This document shows, in pieces, positions 16,915-25,016 of a stretch of DNA of 64,000 nucleotides. The DNA is taken from contig JAZKFS010000020.1 in assembly GCA_040386315.1 (NCBI GenBank), positions 4,620 to 68,619 of the forward strand, in the 5' to 3' direction. The notes below the pieces were generated by a model. That model was given only the letters and a program-made list of their open reading frames with translations. It was not told the DNA's origin and made no database searches. Every line of letters starts with the position of its first letter. Within the stretch, counting starts at the first letter, position 1. The position numbers and the translations under genes are program-made. Origin of the DNA: Bacteroidota bacterium (GTDB taxonomy: Bacteria; Bacteroidota; Ignavibacteria; Kapaibacteriales; DASPKH01).

Positions 16915-19900
16915 TTAGCGAATAATCATCATCTGACGTGTCATATTCACTGAACCACTTGATAGACGCGCTACATACATACCTGACGGTAATGCTATGC
17001 CATTTCCATCTTTTGCATTCCATTCTATTACGTTTGCAGTCCCTGCAGGATAGAATCCGCTAAAGTCAGCTACTTTGCTTCCTAAAGCATCAAATATCTC
17101 AAACGTTACCTTTCCTTCTACAGGAAGAGTAAATTGCATTTTCGTGCTGCCTGAGAATGGATTAGGTATGTTTTGGAAAGATTCGCTATTGAATCCTGCT
17201 ACCGGCTGCTCGTCTTCTACGCCACTTGCAAAGTCATATCTAATAACGAAGTTGCTTATCGCGTCACGGAAGATAGTAACAGTAATTGTACCATCAGCAG
17301 CGCTTGTATCAACATTGATATCTTGAGCACTACGAGATGCACCTGTTCTCATATTGATCGCAAAGATATTACCCTGCGAGCTACCATCTAATAACCACCA
17401 TGAACTTCCTGCCGGGTTGCGTACTGCATCAGTTTTTGCTGGAACATTATTTTTATTCCATTTGATGGTTACAGGATAATTAGGCGAGGTATTTCCAACT
17501 ACATCACCCGCCTGGAAGCGGCCTTTGTAATATGCTTCGCCGATCACCCCAGCTACTGCTCTTGGGAAAATATCCCTTAGGGCACCATTTGACGAAGGTA
17601 TTGTCCAACGAGTGTCATACACATCAATTGGTGGAATTGGAGGTAATTCATATTCACAATAGTTAGAATCGAGTTTACCTACTGCATTTGCAGATTCACC
17701 AGTTGTAGCATTGACTGCTGTACCCCATTCAATAACCTGGAATGCGCCTTTGCTATTTGAAATAGTCATTGGTACAATAAAGTCTGTTGGTTGAGATACA
17801 TTAATTTTATAGCTGATTGTCCTTCTTGCTCCAGCTTTATCTGTTGCTGTAATGTAAAGAGTTGCTTTACCTTGAGCATCAAGAGTATCCTGGAAGTTCG
17901 TAGCTGTAATCGTCAGGGTTACTGAATCCGTTGTCTGAGGTCCCGAAATCACACTTGGGGTAACTGTAAAGCCACTTTCAGTTGTAATTGTAACGGTCTC
18001 ATTTCCATTAGTTCCCTTACGTGTAAGATCAATATCTCTAAGCACGATTGTGCCAGTATATGATTTACCAATCTCAATACATTGGACAGTCGGAATTGCA
18101 GTTAGGATCGGAGGATGATTTACAGCTATTACGCGAATTGTGAATGTGCGTACATCTGTTAACCCGCCTTCATCTTTTACAACTACCGTAAATGTTACGG
18201 TTGTATCGTTAAATGGCAAGTCTGTTACACGTGGTGTTCCAAAAAGAATTCCACTTACAGGATCAATCTTTAACCAGTTTGGCGCTGTTTTTGAATTGCG
18301 CACATCGAATGAACCTGCTTCATCTGCGAAACACTCATCACGAGGGATAAATGTGCTTGTATCGTTAGCATAAAGCAATTTGAATCTCTGATCCTGGCCG
18401 AAGTTTGGATCTGTTACACGGACTCGACGTAGTGAATCAAGAAGTGCTATATTATAATCCTGATCTTCGATTGCATCAGGGAAAGTAGCATTCTCAATAC
18501 GTGGAGCAACGTTTACCATTACACGGCGTGTAAGTGTATTAATTCTTCCATGCCCATCATTAACCACAAATGTTACAGTAGTATCGGTATTTAGAGCACC
18601 TTCAAACTGACGTACCGGGGTTAATAAATTATATGCCTGAGCTGAATCAATTCTAATACTTAGCTGCCCTGCTGATGTAAAGTCTGCACCAAATGGATCC
18701 AGAGCATTAAAATCACCATATTGTCTAAAGTACTGATTAGACATCCAGGTAGGACGTACTAGAGTCACTTCATCTGTTACTGAATCAGTTGGATTACGGC
18801 GAAGTGCAATTGATTGGAATCCATAAGCTGTTTTACCATAACGGAAGTCCCAACCGCGTGCTGCTGCTGCCGCATCTTCAGCTTCATCATCAGTCTGAAG
18901 GTCAATCTGGAAACGTAGTTTATCTGTTAAATTTGCAACAAGCATCTCATCTGTTCCACACTTATAAACATTCTGTGTGAAGATAGGATTAGTATCTGTT
19001 ACAAATACTCTAAACTGATATGTAGCTATTGAATTAGCACCTACATTAATTGTATCTTGTTGTAAGTAGCGTGCATTCGTTACATCATAAGCTTCCGCAT
19101 GGAAATATGGCGGGAAGATATTAATATATCGTGCAATAACACTATCAGCTAATCCTGCGGCACGTAATGAATCCAATGTGTTGATATTTGGCGGGAAATT
19201 ACGAATTCCTACCGTTACCATTTCACCACCCGGAACCACAAATGGATTCGTTGGACGGCCACCAAGAACACGATAGCCACGTGCACCGAATGCTGTTCCC
19301 TGTGAAGCATTGATTGTTGTATCAGTTAGCCAATATGAAAGTCCAGATCCCGGCTCTACACTATATGTATAGGTTAGTTGCGTGAAATCATTTGGAGTCA
19401 ATACTGAACGCGGATCGTAGAAGATATTTGAATCTACTCCGCTGATTGTAAAGATTGAATCACGTCCCGGAGCACGTTCTAGATCATTTACATCACGAGG
19501 ATATGTTCTATCTTCGCTTACAAAGATCATATTACGCAACTCTACCGGCAGAAGATTACGCAGGTTGTTGATGTTACCTGTAAATACTGGAGGAGGTGTT
19601 GAAACTCCTACGTTAAATACTAACGCATCATCATAAGCTGCATTTACACCTTCATTCCAAAGTACCGTACGAGAAACTACCCGAACTAAATCTCCATTTG
19701 CAACCGGTAACGCTCTATAGCGCTCACCAGCCCAGAAATTAATACGATTCACCCTGTTTTGATCAATCTGACTATTGTCATCGTTTGATATTGGAAGGCG
19801 AGGACGATTGCTAAACTGAACTCCAAACTCGTTTGGAGCGCCTAAGACATTCGAACCAGCCTCATACCGGCGTCCGACTAGTGCTGCCGCATCTTCATTT

Positions 19901-22900
19901 GCTCCATTCTGAGCTAATTGAGCTAACAACTCACGTCCACTACCTAAGTTTGCTAATCCTTCAGCCGAACGGCGGAATGTCGTATTACCAGTTCTATTTG
20001 CTGAATCTGGTAGCATTTCAATCCGTCCTCTGAATATCTCGCTAGACGTTGTGACTTGGCGAAGATTCGCACGTACAAAGTCACCCGTTGTTTCGTTGAT
20101 TACGAAGAATACAGTTTCATTAACTGTAGGAGCATTTGGATGATCCTGGTTACTCAACTCTGCTGTTCCGCTATAATTAGCGCGTGTTTCAAGGAATAAA
20201 GGATAACCAATTGGCTGGTCGCCCTTGAATTCACTTTGCAGAGCATTGATATTAGCATCAACTTCAGCTACAAATGGATCACGTCCTAAACGGCGTACAT
20301 AGCGATTAAATGAAGGCGAACCCGCAGTATTTGTAAAACGACGAATTGATTTTGGAATACCTACAGCAAAGTCCTCAATCGGTGACATGCGACGACGTGA
20401 ATAATCAGCTGTCTTAATGTCCGTACCTTTATCAAAAAGATCATATATACGGCCCTGCATTAATAGTTTCTCTGGAATACTATTTGCAGCCGGTGTATTT
20501 TGATTATCAAATGCTATGTTGCCAACAGGAATTGGCGTATAGTTAAAACGTTGAGAGGATTCAAACGGCCCTTGCTCTTTAGGATTTGAACTATTGCGGA
20601 TATAACGCAAATGCGTAGTACCGTCACCAGCTACAAAGAAAGTCTCCTGAAGAGTTCCTGATTCCGGTAGTATTGTCGTTACCGGTGCTTCAGTCTGGCC
20701 CCAGTAATTACCGCGAAGAGTATCAACACCACCACTTCCAATAAGGCCGGTTGACGAAGTTCCTTTTGTATTAGGAGCATCAGGAAGGCGAATCAGAAAG
20801 CGTGCTGTATTATCATACATTGAATTCGCAGCAATGCTTGAAGAAGCATACGGAAGAGGCCCGATAATTTCTCCATAGAGAATTGCTCCCGCAAGATCAC
20901 TTGATGCAGGGTTTTCTCTGAAAGCCGAAGTTGTCCGGATATATGGCCCTGTAATTGCATTCTGCTCACGGCCTGTATCAGATAATGCAGTATTATTAGT
21001 AATAAGTGAGCGCTGGAATACTAATTTTAGATCGTAGTTATCTGAATATACCGCTGCTCCTGTGAATGCAGTATTATTTTGAATACGCACGCGATTAAAG
21101 ATAATAGAATCAGTACGACCGATATTATTTGTTGAAGCTTCATCAAGAATGTAAATAGCACCACCTAAGCCGGTACCGTTTTCAGGTAATCCTACGCCAG
21201 GGTGTGTACGTACTACATCACCTAATTGAGTTGTTCCTGTACCAAGCTGTGCAAGATTTACAACAGCTTCATTATCAATGAATCGTGTAAGCATCCGTGC
21301 ATCAGGCGGCGTAATTGCTGAAGCAGCATTTGTAAATACTTCATTTGACGAAGTAAATGTCGTTGCTTCACCTGATGGCAAGGTTGTTAACTGATCTAAG
21401 TCTGTTAACATATATCGTCTGGAATCATCACCAGGGCTAACCATTGCTACTGCTCCACCATTACTAAAGTTTGCGGTATTCATTACGAATTCCACTCCTT
21501 TTAGAACATTAAGAGTAGCGTTTAGCGTATAGATGGCACCACCACCACGAACCAACGCACGGGATGAAGCTTGAAGAGTTGCATCTGAAGTATCAACAAA
21601 TCTTCCTAGACCTACCACATTGCTGTCCAAGATAGCACGAACTATTTGTACATAGCGGCGCGCTAATGGCAAAGCCGGATCAATATTTAATGTAATAGCA
21701 CCACCGGAATACCCTGCTGTATTACGTGTAAATTCTACACGGAATGGGCGTGAATAACCAATAACCAGGTTACCTGATACACCACCAGCTCCATATACGG
21801 TCATGTTTTTCTGAGCATAGATAGCACCACCATGAAAGGTAGCTACGTTACGATCAAATACAACATTATACCCATAGTTGCGAGTTAAGATAAGTGCATC
21901 AGATCCACCAATGATTGGTGATGGGCGTACTTCGCTCAATGTCGCTGAATTACCAACGAAGATAGCACCGCCTCTTGAAGCTCTGTTGCTTAAGTAGTGT
22001 GATGGATATCTTGAATCAAGCGTCTGACCGCCACGAACCTGTAAACGTCCTGCAGTAGCATCTACATAAATAGCTCCACCCATTGAATAGCTCAATGAAT
22101 TTGTACCTGCAGTAGGATTATCACTGATAAATGGAACAATCGCTTGATTAGCATTGAATCTACCGGCAATTGTTACAGATGTCTGCTCACCTACATATAG
22201 TGCACCACCACGCGCTCCCAATGTACCTGCATTATTCTGAAGATTGTTAGCAATGTTACCGCTAAAGTTAATATAATCATTAGAACCGGTAGAAATACCA
22301 TTAACATCATTATTAACACCTAATGCCACTTCAATAGCACTTCCACCATTAGCAGCACTTGCACCGGCAATAACCATTGCCCCACCAAATGCCTGATTTC
22401 TGGCAGCTGTTCCATTAAAGGTTGCAGCATTATTTACATCGTCAGTTAAGATCGTACCTACACCCGGTACAAATATCTGGCGAACATTTGCATTAATTAC
22501 TCTATTTGCATCAAAGTTTAACTGACGAACACGTCCTAATAACACCGCTAAACGTGCATCATCCACACCTTGACGCTGTACATCTGTAAATGGCTCAGCT
22601 GTTGCCGTAGCAAGATTATCAATTGCAGGAATAGCCTGAACTACGGCTGCACCGGTTGAATTTTCAGTTACAGCACCGTTTGCAGTACCAGGATAATTCG
22701 GAAGCGCTGCTGTTGATACAGTTGGAAATAGTCCAGTTCCAACCGGAGCTTCCAGAAGTTGAAGAGCACCACCGCGATTACGGGCAAAGTTGTTTGTGAA
22801 ATTACAGTTTACAAGCCACGTACGTGACGAGAAACTTGTAAGAGCACCACCACCACCATTAGAACGTGAACGTAAATCATCATTTACTGCTGCACGTGCT

Positions 22901-23847
22901 GCTGTTGTTCCACCAGCTTGGTAATAATCTCTTCTATCTACTGTAGTATCTTTGCGGAAATCTTGAAAATTTACGTCACGGAAAAATGCAGCCCGTGCAC
23001 CCGGAAGAACAACGATATGTCCATACTCACGCGAGAAAGCGTTTACACGGCGACCTTTAAAGGTAATCGTTGATGGAGTAATATTTACACTACTACCATT
23101 TGCACGGAGGAATGATTGAATATTAATGTTTGGGTCAGTATTTGCAAACCGTAAGCGAGCTGCTGTATAAAGCAACGCTGCTTCAGGAGTTGCAAGAAAC
23201 TGCGGAGAATTCGTTGTTGCAGTCGGGTCACTTAAGTTTATTAAGTTACGATTACGCGAATTCGCTGTACCACCGGTTTGACCAGGAGCAAGCGTAGTAT
23301 CCAGGACAACGTTATAAACAAAATTATTTTTGCCTGAATTTGCAGTATTACGATTTCCTGCTACAGTTACCTCATTCGGTGTTGAAATTGTAAACACACC
23401 CGGAGATAAAAAGAAACCAGGATCAGCAAAACCATAAGGGCGCTGGATGCCCGGAGTTACCGGGTCTAGATCAACGTTAATAAAATTAACATTGTTGTAT
23501 GTTACCGACATACGCCCGTCAGCGATAATACGCCCGCCGGTCGAGTCAATCATACGGCCGTTATCGGTAAACTCTACAGTTGTACCCGGCTCAATAATTA
23601 AAGTACCGCCAATAGTATATGTACCATTGACGCGATAGAGAGTATCTCTCAAAAATACTCGGACTTCGCCGGGACTGACACGCCCATTGACTTCCGCAAT
23701 TGGCGGCGCAGCAAACACTTCAGAAGCTGAAAGTGCAAGCACCATCCATAAAGCTAAACGAAACAAACGTTGCATAGAACCTCCGTTTGGTAAAAAAGAA
23801 TTAACCACATTATTACTATTATTTATAATTTTTAAATCTGTTTTCAT
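16915..23847 (-). CDS. Giant (about 2300 aa) T9SS-secreted adhesin: Pmp-like right-handed beta-helix repeats, Ig/cadherin-like (He_PIG-type) domains, T9SS tail
   Basis: About 10 GGA[ILV] repeats, often with an FxxN context (NRGGALQLL, RGGALYVGE, MGGAIYVDA, RGGAIFVGN, HGGAIYAQK, SGGAITLNI, GGGAIYTLN, LGGAIYILD). APNWLKIDPVSGILFGTP...VVVKDEGG. Tail IPNPFSGSTKMQF...FEIFDALGSKV...GMYVARLSSG. The real start may be the second ATG at 23775 (MQRLFRLALWMVLALSASEVFA). Confidence 0.85.
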   Translation of the reverse strand: MKTDLKIINNSNNVVNSFLPNGGSMQRLFRLALWMVLALSASEVFAAPPIAEVNGRVSPGEVRVFLRDTLYRVNGTYTIGGTLIIEPGTTVEFTDNGRMIDSTGGRIIADGRMSVTYNNVNFINVDLDPVTPGIQRPYGFADPGFFLSPGVFTISTPNEVTVAGNRNTANSGKNNFVYNVVLDTTLAPGQTGGTANSRNRNLINLSDPTATTNSPQFLATPEAALLYTAARLRFANTDPNINIQSFLRANGSSVNITPSTITFKGRRVNAFSREYGHIVVLPGARAAFFRDVNFQDFRKDTTVDRRDYYQAGGTTAARAAVNDDLRSRSNGGGGALTSFSSRTWLVNCNFTNNFARNRGGALQLLEAPVGTGLFPTVSTAALPNYPGTANGAVTENSTGAAVVQAIPAIDNLATATAEPFTDVQRQGVDDARLAVLLGRVRQLNFDANRVINANVRQIFVPGVGTILTDDVNNAATFNGTAARNQAFGGAMVIAGASAANGGSAIEVALGVNNDVNGISTGSNDYINFSGNIANNLQNNAGTLGARGGALYVGEQTSVTIAGRFNANQAIVPFISDNPTAGTNSLSYSMGGAIYVDATAGRLQVRGGQTLDSRYPSHYLSNRASRGGAIFVGNSATLSEVRPSPIIGGSDALILTRNYGYNVVFDRNVATFHGGAIYAQKNMTVYGAGGVSGNLVIGYSRPFRVEFTRNTAGYSGGAITLNIDPALPLARRYVQIVRAILDSNVVGLGRFVDTSDATLQASSRALVRGGGAIYTLNATLNVLKGVEFVMNTANFSNGGAVAMVSPGDDSRRYMLTDLDQLTTLPSGEATTFTSSNEVFTNAASAITPPDARMLTRFIDNEAVVNLAQLGTGTTQLGDVVRTHPGVGLPENGTGLGGAIYILDEASTNNIGRTDSIIFNRVRIQNNTAFTGAAVYSDNYDLKLVFQRSLITNNTALSDTGREQNAITGPYIRTTSAFRENPASSDLAGAILYGEIIGPLPYASSSIAANSMYDNTARFLIRLPDAPNTKGTSSTGLIGSGGVDTLRGNYWGQTEAPVTTILPESGTLQETFFVAGDGTTHLRYIRNSSNPKEQGPFESSQRFNYTPIPVGNIAFDNQNTPAANSIPEKLLMQGRIYDLFDKGTDIKTADYSRRRMSPIEDFAVGIPKSIRRFTNTAGSPSFNRYVRRLGRDPFVAEVDANINALQSEFKGDQPIGYPLFLETRANYSGTAELSNQDHPNAPTVNETVFFVINETTGDFVRANLRQVTTSSEIFRGRIEMLPDSANRTGNTTFRRSAEGLANLGSGRELLAQLAQNGANEDAAALVGRRYEAGSNVLGAPNEFGVQFSNRPRLPISNDDNSQIDQNRVNRINFWAGERYRALPVANGDLVRVVSRTVLWNEGVNAAYDDALVFNVGVSTPPPVFTGNINNLRNLLPVELRNMIFVSEDRTYPRDVNDLERAPGRDSIFTISGVDSNIFYDPRSVLTPNDFTQLTYTYSVEPGSGLSYWLTDTTINASQGTAFGARGYRVLGGRPTNPFVVPGGEMVTVGIRNFPPNINTLDSLRAAGLADSVIARYINIFPPYFHAEAYDVTNARYLQQDTINVGANSIATYQFRVFVTDTNPIFTQNVYKCGTDEMLVANLTDKLRFQIDLQTDDEAEDAAAAARGWDFRYGKTAYGFQSIALRRNPTDSVTDEVTLVRPTWMSNQYFRQYGDFNALDPFGADFTSAGQLSIRIDSAQAYNLLTPVRQFEGALNTDTTVTFVVNDGHGRINTLTRRVMVNVAPRIENATFPDAIEDQDYNIALLDSLRRVRVTDPNFGQDQRFKLLYANDTSTFIPRDECFADEAGSFDVRNSKTAPNWLKIDPVSGILFGTPRVTDLPFNDTTVTFTVVVKDEGGLTDVRTFTIRVIAVNHPPILTAIPTVQCIEIGKSYTGTIVLRDIDLTRKGTNGNETVTITTESGFTVTPSVISGPQTTDSVTLTITATNFQDTLDAQGKATLYITATDKAGARRTISYKINVSQPTDFIVPMTISNSKGAFQVIEWGTAVNATTGESANAVGKLDSNYCEYELPPIPPIDVYDTRWTIPSSNGALRDIFPRAVAGVIGEAYYKGRFQAGDVVGNTSPNYPVTIKWNKNNVPAKTDAVRNPAGSSWWLLDGSSQGNIFAINMRTGASRSAQDINVDTSAADGTITVTIFRDAISNFVIRYDFASGVEDEQPVAGFNSESFQNIPNPFSGSTKMQFTLPVEGKVTFEIFDALGSKVADFSGFYPAGTANVIEWNAKDGNGIALPSGMYVARLSSGSVNMTRQMMIIR

Positions 23848-23885
23848 TATTTTCTTAACTGATGTACAGGTATGTATTGGATAGT

Positions 23886-24608
23886 TTATTCAATTACCGT
23901 GCCAAGTCTTCCGAGAGCGCTTTTTGCTAAGCCGGAAAACTCAGTATATTCATTCTGACCGACAACTTCACGATACAGTTTTTCTGCTTTCTGCTTATCA
24001 TTTGCTTTTTCATAAGCCAGAGCAGCAAAGTATTTATATCGTTCTTCAAGTCCTATTTCTGCTCCGGCAGATGCTGCTTTTTCATATAGTTCCGCAGCAT
24101 TTTTAAAATCTCCCTTCTCTTCCTTAGCAGCGGCAAGGCCGGCCTGTGCACCCGCCTGTACTAATGGAGAATCCGAATCATCAGCATCTTCAAAATATTT
24201 CACTGCCTGATCGGCTTTGCGTTGCGCCAGCATTGCATTGCCTGCATAAAGGGCCGCTACATTTCCGGTTTCCGTCCCATCATAATCACGAACAATCCTC
24301 TCCAAACCATATACGCTTTGACCACGAACTTTGCGTGAAGGATCGCCTTTTAAAGCTTTTTCATAATCTCCTGCATCATAATATTCACGAATGCGAGAGA
24401 GCGCCAAGGCTCCTTCATTCGTTTTTGCTTCGTTCTGTGAACGGAAAAACAGCCAGGCAGCAGCGGCTATCAGTACAACTGCCGTAATGCCTCCAATCAG
24501 TTTGAGGTTTTCCTGAAGTTTCGTCCGTACATTTTGAAGCTGTGTATCTTCAGCTGTAGTCTCTTCAGCATCGTATACCGCTACATTTCCTTTTGGATTT
24601 GTATCCAT
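23886..24608 (-). CDS. Membrane-anchored TPR-like protein (YfgM-type architecture)
   Basis: ORF listed to 24674. The likely start is MDTNPKGN at 24608. One TM helix (IGGITAVVLIAAAAWLFF) followed by TPR-like helical repeats (AALYAGNAMLAQRKADQAVKYFE, AAELYEKAA, ALAYEKANDKQKAEKLY). Confidence 0.6.
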   Translation of the reverse strand: MDTNPKGNVAVYDAEETTAEDTQLQNVRTKLQENLKLIGGITAVVLIAAAAWLFFRSQNEAKTNEGALALSRIREYYDAGDYEKALKGDPSRKVRGQSVYGLERIVRDYDGTETGNVAALYAGNAMLAQRKADQAVKYFEDADDSDSPLVQAGAQAGLAAAKEEKGDFKNAAELYEKAASAGAEIGLEERYKYFAALAYEKANDKQKAEKLYREVVGQNEYTEFSGLAKSALGRLGTVIE

Positions 24609-24677
24609 TATCCTTCTCGCTTTCTGGTGATTTTGGAATATTAAAAGATTTTTTAAACACTCTTGGGATAACAATAG

Positions 24678-24751
24678 TGCGCCCGAAGGGGATCGAACCC
24701 CCAGCCTTTGGAATCGGAATCCAACGCTCTATCCAATTGAGCTACGGGCGC
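24678..24751 (-). tRNA. tRNA-Arg (anticodon CCG)
   Basis: The reverse complement folds as a cloverleaf: acceptor GCGCCCG/CGGGCGC, D arm GCTC-AATTGGATA-GAGC, anticodon arm TTGGA-TTCCGAT-TCCAA, T arm with the TTCGATC loop, discriminator A. No encoded CCA. Confidence 0.9.
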
Positions 24752-24765
24752 CTCTACATTATTAT

Positions 24766-25016
24766 TTTTAAAAGACTGCTGCTAATCTTTTAAAAGCAAG
24801 TTGCAAATATAGCAGTCCCAAGCTCAAAAACAAATGAATTTTTTTTTAAAGTTTTTTTAAAAAGCAAATTTTGTGGAAAACTTTTCTACTTTCCCTTTTA
24901 AAAAGTGTCAGGTTTTTTTCATAGTGTCAGGTTTATTACACACTTTTTATTCTGACACTTTACACTTTTTAAAAAATCTTTTAAAAACTTGTTTTAAAAC
25001 TTCACGGTTTTTAAAA
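24766..25016. repeat. Array of 8 TTTTAAAA copies (E1 terminator / tRNA promoter region)
   Basis: Copies start at 24766, 24788, 24855, 24896, 24967, 24979, 24992 and 25009. Confidence 0.85.

Noticed and set aside
24609-24993. tRNA-Arg as an integration site for a genomic island (the adjacent T9SS operon).
   Set aside because: I found no integrase or recombinase gene and no direct repeat of the tRNA 3' end in the window. The TPR gene between the tRNA and the operon looks native. The idea is left open only as part of the motif-free-cluster finding.
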